DNA of 57,237 bases, filler included, from Sphacelaria rigidula (taxonomy: Eukaryota): NCBI GenBank assembly GCA_964200075.2. It is 4 parts of 4 records of this genome, joined end to end, with 100 filler letters (N's around TTAATTAATTAA, not from the genome) between each part and the next. Parts side by side here need not be neighbours in the genome. Positions count along the whole stretch, not along the records: positions 1 to 14,238 come from CAXNAA020002364.1; positions 14,339 to 28,572 come from CAXNAA020002365.1; 2 more parts are not named here. One strand, written 5' to 3'. Shown one piece after another: positions 13,904 to 25,500 of the stretch; within the stretch, counting starts at the first letter, position 1, and every line of letters begins with the position of its first letter. Position numbers and translations under genes: made by a program. The notes below the pieces were generated by a model, which was given only the letters and a program-made list of their open reading frames with translations, did not search any database and was not told where the DNA came from.

Positions 13904-14179
13904 CTGCACGAAAACGCACACCGGCACACGGAACACACAGAACATATAGAACACGTGTGCGGGTTACTGCCGCGGGTGGTTGTGCATACCACCGCGGGTG
14001 GACACGTTATTGGTACCCAATAAGTCATCACCCATTGGTCTCATTTACGAGGTGGTCTTATCTAGGGGGTGTTGTTCGGTGTATCCTAGTACACTAAATT
14101 GTGGAAGGTGACGATGTATATGATAACCGTGTGATGAGTTTGTAGAGCCCGAAGTGTCATCACCCATGGATGACTGTCA

Positions 14180-14238
14180 GGGGGGGGGGGGGGGGGGGCG
14201 TACTCATTTGTTGCTTGCCTTAGTCGTTTGACCATTGA
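14180..14238 (-). mobile_element. LINE 3'-terminal fragment with poly(C), cut by the scaffold end
   Basis: G run followed by cgtactcatttgttgcttgccttagtcgtttgaccattga (reverse complement of the family end). Confidence 0.88.
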
Positions 14239-14338
14239 NNNNNNNNNNNNNNNNNNNNNNNNNNNNNNNNNNNNNNNNNNNNTTAATTAATTAANNNNNN
14301 NNNNNNNNNNNNNNNNNNNNNNNNNNNNNNNNNNNNNN
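14239..14338. other. Artificial scaffold linker (N44-TTAATTAATTAA-N44)
   Basis: Exactly 100 bp: 44 N, a six-frame stop spacer, 44 N. Identical to the two other linkers. Confidence 0.98.
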
Positions 14339-14932
14339 CCCCCCTGGTTTCTCCTGGAGGCGACACCTAAAAGGATTAGTAAAAACCCCCCAAAACCACC
14401 ACACGTTTTTCCCCCCCCCCCCCCCCCCCCCCCCCAAACATGTGTGCATGTAAATACACTGGAAAATGACACGTTCCGATCGTATGACGAGGTGTTTGCA
14501 CATATTATGGACGGCAAGGATGACAGGAGCGTCACATCCATGAAGAGCACTGTACAGTTTGGGTATGCGGAGTTTTAAAAGCGGTCGATTCAGGAGAAAT
14601 GAGGGTTCGAGAAAGAGGGTGAATGGCATGGCACGCCCATCGTAGAACCTGTGCACTTCCCAGCTTGATGTAAGAGAGAATGGGATTTATGAGAGGCCTT
14701 TTCCGGCTTCATCACCAGCCTTTATAGAACGCTTACAACCACTGTCCAAAGACGGGTACTCGAGTGCAAGGAGAGGATATATGCACGGAAATTATCTTGC
14801 AATACCCACGGCCCGGGCGCTCCTTTTTTCCCGGTGTTCTGGTATTGATTTGAAACTGATTTTCATGTATTTATCTCTCGCCCTCTCACCTTTTAGTCTG
14901 TCCCGTGTGCCCTCGTATGTGGTCGTGTGTTC

Positions 14933-14934
<2 letters not shown>

Positions 14935-14970
<36 letters not shown>
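14935..14970. repeat. (GT)n microsatellite just upstream of an RPB1 acceptor
   Basis: Seen directly. Confidence 0.95.
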
Positions 14971-14972
<2 letters not shown>

Positions 14973-15010
14973 GTTTTTGCTGTTGAAACGCACGCCTTAC
15001 GTACGTCCAG

Positions 15011-15145
15011 ACGCGATTAAATTATCTTCACGAACAGTGTCGGAACTCTAAGAAATGCGTCTTCGGTACGGGTGATTTGGAGCAAGGGATGGACATGGAG
15101 GGGGGCGGGGAGGAGGAAAATGCGGCGGGTTGCGGTGGATTACTG
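15011..15145 (+). CDS. RPB1: RPB1 exon ([10 protein letters not shown]...GCGGLL)
   Basis: cag| ... |gtgagt, 135 nt; clamp zinc-binding C...GCG motif joins in frame to PKFTK. Confidence 0.88.
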
Positions 15146-17722
15146 GTGAGTGAAGGATGGGCTATGACAAAAGCGATGAAAGTACTAATAATAAACATTG
15201 CAATCTGTATGCACCAGTGATGGGTATCGTACCCCTAATCTCGATATATTGTATCTACCCCGCTATATTCGGGATGTATCGTATCGATATCGCATAACGA
15301 TGCGCGACATCTTGAAACCATTTCGTATCCCGTATTCCGCGATATATCGTGCTTATCCGGCGGTGTATCGTGCGATACAAAGTACCGTACGATGCAGTGC
15401 GGGATACAAGATACTATCTGTGCGGTATTTGTGTGAAAACCAGGTTGCTTCTAAATTGTCATCGTTTTCGCAAAGTTCGGAGGCGAATATCCCGATATCG
15501 TATCGATAACGCGAAATTTTGACAACATGTATCGGATATTGTATCCCGTCGACTTCTTTTCTCGATACCCATCACGAGTGTTCACCCTTGAAAGGACTCA
15601 GGCCACCCAAATTCATATTTTATAGACTAAATACATAAATATGTGATTATTTATTTGTTCATTTATTTATTTTCCCTCCACGTTTACCCTGGTCGATTTT
15701 TTGGGTAAAGCACAGATTTCACAGAGTTGTTGTTCAGTCACACTCGTTATAAGTCGTAGTGTGAAGAGATGAAGCGACCTCGGCGGACACGTGTGAGAGT
15801 TCTTCCTCGCTGGGGCGGTTGTATCCATAGCATTTTTCTATATTTTTTCGCTCGTGCGAGTGTTTTCGTCTACCCGGTTTTACTGAGAATTTGCTCACTT
15901 ATAATAGTGGGAGGTAGTTGTCGTCGGTGCTCACCTTTTTCGTGGTGGTCACCTTTTTCTTGTCCAGATCTTCGTCCTTGTATGCGTCCATCGAGGCTAG
16001 TTTACCGGCGTTGGGCTTCCAATGTTCATGGTTGAAATAATTGTACAAGTATCGCTACCCCTAACCCTAACCCCGACGCAACGCATACCAAGAACCCTCG
16101 GGCAAGGGCGGTACGTACATTCCCTAGGCAAAGGGCGGCCTTGGTACCCCAAATGGGCGCCTATTCGACGAAAACGCGTTCTGCGCACGCGAGGAGCACA
16201 CGGGACTGTCAGCCCCACTGAAATTCCGGTTCTTGTTGTTGACACTATAATCACGTAATATCAACCATGGACGTTTGTAGCCCAACGCCGGTGAACTCTA
16301 CTGCGACCATCGGTAGGATCATTTATACCGTACGAAACCGTACAATAATTTACTGCATTGCCCTGTATCATCACTCATTGATACTGTGTGTTGCTGATGT
16401 GACGGCGCTGATTGACATATACAGGGTGTACCGCAGATGTTACATGTGAACTATATCATCCGGGGCGATCGAGAAGCCTCCAATCGATTTTGTCGCAAAA
16501 TTGAGGTGGCGACGCCAGTGGAAGTTGTAATTTTCGCTGGAAAGGTCGAGATATTGTTCGGTAAACCAGATATATTTGAGCTGTGCGGCGGGCTTTGTTC
16601 CCTTGTGTCGGTCGTGTATGCTGCATGCGGTACCATCATCGTCATCGCGATTATCAAGAGCAATGTTGATATCGATAACAACACGCGGGGTAAAATTGTT
16701 CTCCTCGGCCCTCTTGATGCTTGCTGCAATACTATCATCATAGTCGCCATTAGCAAGGGCATTGACAGCGCCGACGTGCTTTGCTGCAAGTAACGTTCCC
16801 TCTATCCTTGCCATGTTTGCTGCCAAACCATCGTGATCATGACCGTCACCATCGAGAACAGCGACACTCGAATAACGCCCCCACCCGCCGCTCGTGTTGA
16901 TCACGACTGCTGTAAAAACCACCATCATCGAGAAAAACAGTAACAACAGTAACAATGATGATGGGGACAGCGATAGAGACGATACTCCAAACATAATTCC
17001 CTCGGTCTAGATCATGTTTATACAGACACCATGAGGATGTTGATCTTGATCATCATCATCATCACCATCAACAACAGCAACAACAACAACAACAGTATTC
17101 TAACAAAATCCCCTGGTTGATCTTACCGTGTTTTGCTGCAACGCCAACACCACCACCAACAACAACAACCCAAAACAGCCCAAGTTCACAAAGACGGGTC
17201 TGAAGGTAGAGGTGGAGTATCCTCCAGACATGGAGGACGTGCCCAGGGGGGGGGACAGGCGGCAGGTTTTGTCGGCCTCGAAGGTCCACGAGATCTTCAA
17301 AAACATTAGCGAGGAGGATATGAAGATCCTGGGTCTTCATCCCGAGTACTCTAGGCCCGACTGGCTGGTCATCACCGTCTTGCCCGTGCCCCCGCCGCAC
17401 GTGCGGCCTTCGGTGGCGCTGGATGCGGGAGCGCGTAGCGAGGACGATCTTACGCACCAGCTGGTGAGGGTTTGTTGTTGCCCTCGCTCTTGCCCTTGCC
17501 CTTGCCCTTGCTGTTGTTGCTGTTGTTGTTGTTGTTGTTGTTGTCAGTATTGTTGATGGTGATGTTTGTTGTGCCATTTTCAGTCGAAGTAAGGGTTTTA
17601 ATTTTAACCCTTCGACCGCGAAGGTACTCCATCTGGATCATGCATAATGTTTTCAAGTGGAATTGATGCCGATTCAACAGAGCACCTACTCTCGCTGTCG
17701 AGGAGTCAGGAGTTGCTTCACT

Positions 17723-17758
<36 letters not shown>

Positions 17759-18035
17759 CGCACGCGTGTGAGTGAGTGGGTGATTCGGTTCAAGCTTTTG
17801 CGTTGATCGATTTTCCGTTGGCTCCTTTGTCGCGATGGTACTCCATCTGGATCATGCATACTATTTTCAAGTGAAACTGATGCTGATTCACAAATGGACC
17901 ACCCCTTGCAGTCGAAGGGTCAAGCGTCGCGCAGGCGTGGGCCAGGTTTTTACTACAGCTGACCGAGACCTGATTCAACCGACTGTTCTGTCGGGATTTT
18001 TTTTCATTGTTTTCATTGAGTGTTGTCTTCAATGT

Positions 18036-18089
<54 letters not shown>

Positions 18090-21000
18090 CGCACGTTTTT
18101 CATTAGGTTTAATGTTTATGTGTGTATTTTGTTCTCTGTTTTTTTCAAGTCCATGTACGCGAGGGTACCGCAAGCCGTACTGTAAATGCAGGACACTAAG
18201 CGTTGCTGTGCCGATGTTTGTACTGTAGAGCTTTTTTCTCGTTTATTTCATGAGCGAGTGCTCCCGTCGTCGCAGACATTGTGAACTCTTCATCGCGGTC
18301 AGATTGTTGCCGCGCAGATGATGTGCTGGATCATTTCACTGCTTGTTTTTTTTCATCCCCATGACCATCCTTCCTTCCCCCCGTCCGCGCTCGCGATGTA
18401 TTTCAGGTGAATATTTGCAAGGCTAACATGCGTCTGGAGGCAAGCGTCAGGACGGGTGAACCGGCGCATATCGTGGAGGCTTTCGAATTACTACTGCAGT
18501 ACAAGGTCGGTGCTGATATCCAGTGCTTCGTGATTACTGGATTGATGGGTTAATCGACCGGCTAACTAACGGACATATCTGACTGATTAAGATATTCATC
18601 TTGTCATCTCGCCAGGTGTGTATTATTTAGTATTATTTATTTTATTATATTATTATTATATTAAAAAACATCAGTCGTCGTGAAAAATACAGTGAACGCG
18701 CTGCCGCGGTATTACCGTACCGCCGGTGATAACAAGTGAAACAGACCACCGTCGGAGCAAATATGATGGCTGGCTGTTTCGTACGAAATGATCGATGTGC
18801 TTTTGAGCAAAATAATATATATATATATATTTTCTCGCGAGATATGCAGGAAAGCCAAACCGCAAGCAGTGTTTGACGGTATGTAGTAACCACCCCACAG
18901 GTGTTTTTGACGGCGTGATGATGTGATGACCCTCCTCAGACAGAGCGAGCACAGCCCTGCGGTTTCGTACGGGAAATAGTTTGCTGAAGGGGGAACAGAG
19001 CACCCTTTTACTCGCGGAGAATAGGGGGGGCAATTCGTTTAACTGTCTGGCGACCGGATCGCGGGTATTGACCAGTATTACACAACCGTGAAAATCAGTG
19101 CGAGCGGGTGGGGAAGGTATTCCATGCACACTGAATCCAATGACATGACAAACCAAACATGTGTACACACGCGCAGCAGATTACTTTCGAATGGTAGGAT
19201 CAGGTGACTGTGACAAGAAACCATCTCTGAAAAGACCGGTTGCTGTCGTGGTATTTTTTTCTCCCTTTTTTTCTATTAATTTCATCTCCCCCCCCCTCCC
19301 CCTCAAGAATGGTCACACGACTAAGGCAGGCAATGAATGAGTACGCCCCCCCTCCCCCCTGCCTTGTCAGTCGTTCCGTGCTGAAAGATCCTGAAAAGAA
19401 AGCGTATTGGCTCGACATACTTTTTTCTTCTGGCCGCCTTTGTGTTTTAAAATGTAGGTGGCCGCTCTATTCGATAACGAGCGAGCGGGACAGCCGCAGG
19501 AGACGCAACGGTCCGGCAAACCGCTCAAGACTTTACGGCAGAGGCTCAAGGGCAAGGAGGGCCGGATCCGAGGGAATCTTATGGGAAAGCGTGTTGATTT
19601 CTCAGCTCGAACGGTTATCACGGCCGATCCTAACCTCGGTATCGACCAGGTGGGATGGGGGGGGGAGGAGGGGGGAGGTGGAGGTGCTTGAGTAGTTGAG
19701 TTCAGAGTCTTCTGTAGTGCTGTGCCAGTTGCCTGAGTGTGCGCTGGCTACAATGCTTGCGGTGCACTTGTGGTACCCATGGTGGAGACTGGTGTTCTTC
19801 TAACAGAAGATAATGGTGAAGCACGTCAGTATCTCGCGTATGCTCTGTCGTTAGTATGCGTCCCAGCAACTCGCACAAGCTCAGCTGTGGGTCATGAAGT
19901 GCCCTCTCTCCCCCCCCCCTCCCCCATGAGACTGTGCATCAAACTCTGATTCGTTTTTCTGGCTCACGCTCGTATCCACCTGTGGTACCCCCTATCGTGT
20001 GAACAGGGGGGGGGGGTGTACTCATTTGTTGCTTGCCTTAGTCGTTTGACCATTGACCACGCATCCCTTCCGAGACTGAGCATGCTCGTGCTCATTCATG
20101 TATAGGTGTTTTGGACAAGTGTGCTGTGCGTGACCTCCCTTGAATGTGGTGTAAGTCGGAGGAGTTCATGGATTGTGGCTGGTGTGACTCGAAAATAAAT
20201 GTTCGGTCCGGATAGATGGTCTAATTTCTGTGAGTATGTTTTTTGCACCGCACATGAATTGGAAAAAAGAAGTCGGATTCGGTTCGTCTTTGAACTCACT
20301 CTTCGTTCTTTAGCGGGAAGGGGGCGGGGGGTGTCGAAGGCGTGTTGGTCGTCACCACCACTTTGGTCTGTTTTGGTTTGTTTGCTTTCTTGTTACTGTT
20401 GTTGCTTGCTGTTGTTTGCCGAAGCAAAATTATGATCAATTTTATGACGACAACAGTGATTCCATGGCTTGATGATGATTATATTGATAATGATAGCAAT
20501 TATAATATATCGATAGTATTAAAATGATAATGATGATAACAATCATGATATTAGTTACCAATCAATACTAATATTGATTTATCCATAAAAATTAAACAAG
20601 GTGGGCGTGCCGAGATCGATTGCTTTGAACCTGACCGTCCCGGAGCTGGTGACGGCCTTTAATGTGGACGAAATGGCGGAGCTCGTGGCAAGGGGTCCCC
20701 TGGAACACCCTGGAGCCAGGTACATCGTGCGGCATGACGGGGTGCGAGTCGATCTGCGGTACGTTCGGAACAAAAACAGCCTGACTTTGCAATACGGTTA
20801 TGCCGTGGAGAGGCATCTGCGCGACGATGATATCATCATCTTCAATCGACAGCCATCTTTGCACAAGATGTCTATCATGGGCCACCGGGTTAAGGTTCGT
20901 GTGTGTTTGAGAGAGAGTATGTTGTGCGTATTTTGTAGCCTTCGTTGTTTGTTTTTGCTCATGCACGTCCATGTGTGGTGGTGTTTGAGACTTGATGATC

Positions 21001-22516
21001 GATGGTGTGGTTGATGGAAAATGGTTGCGGTATGTGATATTATAAAAATGAACGATCAACGATCGCTGCGGTTGTTTTCGACGGTGCTTGATCTTTTATG
21101 ATGGACGATGGATGAATCGTCGGTGGCGAATGATTTGTCACCTTGATTACTGGAGTATGACGAGAGATTGTCACGATAACTGATTGAAGTGTGGCGGATG
21201 TTTTTCACGATGATTGGAGTAAGAAGAGGGATTGTCACGATAAGTTGGGTATAGCTTAACGAGGAATGCAATGAAAAAATTAATGGATTTATCTTCTTCT
21301 GCGGATGGATTCATGTGCACAAAAATAAAGGTGTTGGACTGGTCGACGTTCCGGATGAACCTGTCGGTGACGTCACCCTACAACGCCGACTTCGACGGAG
21401 ACGAGATGAATCTTCACGTGCCTCAGGTGGGCACCGAATTTTTCTGGGGCACAGAAACTAGTGAGGCGTGATGAGCAACAAGGCGGGCACTTGCAGTATT
21501 TCAGGCTTGGCTTGTCACGACCTGCTGTTCATGCAGTAAGATTTGTCATCATATTATCGTGCCGTCTCTTGTCGGTGGGGGGGGGGGGGTCTTGGACCAT
21601 TTTTCAATGATACACGAATCTGCATATCTCTGCATTTTTCGCGTTATCCTCTAGTCTGTATTTCATGCTTTGTTTGTATGTGTTTTGCTGATGTACTGCG
21701 GCATTCAGTGCACGTAGCTGGAGTTTTTGTGCGTGTGATGAGCGTGTGTTCACCCGCGCCTCTTGTGGTTACTCTCGACCCCTTTTTGTGCGTGTGCCTG
21801 ATTTTGTTGTGTTGTGTCTTGCGTCTTGCGTCTTGCGTCTTCCTTCACACCACGGCAACAATAGAGTCTCGTGGCGAAGGCAGAGGCTCAGGAGCTGATG
21901 ATGGTGCCCAGAAATATCGTCAGTCCACAGTCCAACAAGCCCGTCATGGGTATCGTGCAGGTACGGTACAGAGCAGGTTGACTGTTCCTGTTCCCTCCCC
22001 CCCCCCTCCCCCCTCTTTTTGCGCTTTCATGAACATTTAAACCAAAAATCTAACGTTCTACTCTTGCCATCATCCATTCGTGCTCTCTAGTTTTTCAGTC
22101 TCCGTGTTGGTTGCCGTGGAAAATGTAGTCCAAGCCTAGAACATCAAGATGCTGGAACTTATTTCCGAATAGAAGAAGCCGATATGCGGACCCTGCAAGC
22201 TGATGAACACGACGCGATTAGCCGACAGCCCATTAAAAACAAATGCTAACAATCGCGGCGTGCTCTCACGTATTTCCATCAGTCGTTTTTTGGATGACAT
22301 CACACCGTGGACAATAGATTCCATTGTACAAAAAATGTACTGCGTACAGTATCGAATTCATTGTCTGTCGCAATAGGCGCAATAGTCTATACTGTACGCA
22401 GTACACTTTTTGACTGTAATCCATTGTCCAGGGTATGAATGAGATGCAAGGGGCTTCGATTTTAACAGCTCAAACCTTCGTTTTTTTTTTTTTCCCAACC
22501 CGACTGTGGCACGTCT

Positions 22517-22561
<45 letters not shown>

Positions 22562-25500
22562 ATTGTGTCCATCGATCATCAGGACTCTCTGCTCGGAGTG
22601 TGCAGAATGACGAAGCGAGACACGTTCATCGAGCGAGACCTCGTGATGAACCTGCTCATGTGGGTCGAGTCTTGGGACGGCAAGGTGCCTACGCCGGCCA
22701 TCTTGAAGCCGAAGCCGATGTGGACGGGAAAACAGCTGTTCAGCACTATCTGCCCAAAGGTTGGTCTTGCTCCAAACCGAAATCATGAACTTAATCCCGT
22801 CGAATGACGTCCTCCGACCATCCTACTTTTGGTCGGATGAACGAAAATACACGTTGATGTATATATATATATATATACACACACATACATATTCATCATA
22901 CTGATCCGGAAAAAAAAAAGTTAGATTTATTCTTGTAGTGCTGTGAAAAAAAACTCGTGTGTTGGCCCTCCTCCTGTGCGACACACACACACACAGCACC
23001 ACCACCACCACCACAGTGCCATGCCGTGCGCATATGATGCACGTATGTGGCGGAACGTCTTCGAAGGATGTTTTTTCGCGATATGATGCTTTCATTGATT
23101 TCCCCTCTCCTGTTTGTTTGTTTTGTTGGTTTCTTGTGCAGATTAACTTCAAGGCGACGGCGAACGGACACCCGAAGGGCGACAATCCTCTCAACAACTC
23201 CGACACAGAGGTGAGACCTACCTAACCTGCTGCTCTCTGGGTTATCTTTGTTTGTGTGTGACTGTGGACGCAAAACCTGCCGAACATCTCATGTACTCAG
23301 CACACCAGCATACCAGCTTCAAACCCCATCCCCTATTTTTGTAGGGCTAGATACCGGCGCAGCCAGCCAGTACACTAGATCTTGCCAGTGCATAGCTTGC
23401 CTCTGCGCCGGAGCCCCGCTAAGGGTGAATGAGTAAGTTGAAACGTTTACTCAGCCCCGCTGGAGGCGCATTTTTACGCGATTTGGCTTCACTAGAGCAA
23501 AAAAAATGCGAATCCAGCTTCTCCCTTGCGGCGCTCGTCGATGGGTTTCCGGTGACCGATGAGGCGTTATGGTAGGACGTACGTAAATTGGAAAGTACTG
23601 GCAGTAATACTGGTTGCTCTTTTTTCCCAGTACAGATACATACACTGCCGGTACAAGTAGTGCTCTGCCAGCGTGTACTGGTCTAGAACCCAGCCTTTTA
23701 CCTCTTTCGGTTTCTTGTGAGAGGGGTGTCTGCCGTTTCGTTTTTCGTCTTTTGTTGTATTTCGTTCTTTGTACATATAGTTCTCAGTGTATATTTTCTA
23801 TATTTCGACCGTGGGTTTGAATGACGGGCTGATATGACAATAAAAAAACGCAGTACTGAGTCATCCAGGGGCCCTAGATTTTTTTTTCTGGAAAAGTAGT
23901 TCAGAATGATCCAGGGTATCTGAAGCACTGAGCCACCTACCCTGTACCCTGCACTCTGTACCCGGTACCCTCTTTGGAACCTTCTTGCCACAGGCGAACC
24001 GATCTTACCGCAAGACCACACACGTTGTATGGGCTACCCAGTTGAATAATCAAATCTTACTTTTACTATCATGTGCATGTGACCCGGTCTATACGACAGA
24101 ACGATACCCAGGACACGTTAGCCTGTACTTCTTGCTGGACGAGCCGCCGGGCGTTTACTCAGCCTCTTGTGCCACGCGCTGTTTTACTAGTTTTTCTGGA
24201 TATCTTTGTGTGTTTCAAACGTGATGTGAACCTTCTCCCTTTTTTTATTGATCCATTGATTGATAGACAGTTCGGTTGGTTGATTAGGTGGTTGATTAAT
24301 TGGTCATCGTTTATTCTCTAATCCCCGAGGGACCCAGCTATGATTGGTCATCATCCACGAGATAGACGTAACGCACCCAAGAATAACAAAAGGGAAACCT
24401 GCGTTCGCTGAAAAAAAAGTCGGAAAAAAAAAAGAAGACACTCGTGATGGAACAAATAAGTAGAGTGAGCAAAGAATAAAAGAATCGAAACAGACTTTAA
24501 ATCAAAAACATGCGTGTTCGCGTATGTAAATATTTAATATTTGGGTCGTCAGGTGGTTGTGCACGAGGGAGACTTGATCATGGGTCACGTTGACAAGAAA
24601 ACCGTTGGGAGCAGCGCCCAAGGTCTCATCCATATCTCCTGGCTGGAGAAGGGGTGGGACATCACACGACTCTTCATGAACTTGGTGAGCGGATGATGGC
24701 AGGCGCAACTTTGATGCTCGCGTTTTTCAAGTGGTGTTAGTTGGGGTTGGAGTCCGTGTTCCTCTGGAGTCCGGCGGAGACGGGGGAAGGGGGGAAGGGG
24801 GTTGTACTCATGATGTTGCATGCCATGGTCATATGACCATTGACCTCGCGTCTTATACAGCCGGGACAGAGCACGCCGGGTGTTCGCCGCACCAGTCTCG
24901 CAATCAATCGCCAAGCACCAAGCATCGTGGTTTGTTCGGCGAGTCGCATGAAGGGTGAGCTGCATCGTGCTAAGATTGTTCGGCCCTAAGCGTTACTGAT
25001 TGTCTTGCATTCGAATGACAGCCTCCAAGGAGCTGCTTCATTTCCTGGTATCGCCACTTCCAGAGACATCCACGGCTTACACACTGCCTCATGGGTGTCT
25101 CACCATTTAAACACAACGTGGTGTGATCATCCCCTTTTCGCGGAGTTGAGGTTCTTCCACCCCGCACCATATGATCTAGCTCGACCACCATCATGGTTAC
25201 CGCAAAATTGCATGGTAACCTGGTTGTTTGGCTTATGCAGTGAGTGGCCTGTTTTTCAGCGTCGCCGCCAACTGACGCCAATCCTATAGGGGTGGAGGGT
25301 GGAGGGGGAGGGAGGCGAGGGTGTACTCAGGATCTTGTATGTTGTAGGAGTAAGACCATTGATCTCGCATGCCTACGAAGTCGGGATGGAGCACGCCGGG
25401 CTTTCACCGAACCAGGCTCGCAATCAATCACCAAGCGCGAAGCGCCGTGTGGTGTTCGGCAAGTCGCATCAAGGGGTGACGGGGCGGGGGACCCCGATTT

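Noticed and set aside
14430-14770. Additional upstream RPB1 exon
   Set aside because: No RPB1 N-terminal motifs, and the most protein-like frame has several stops; probably a decayed insertion.
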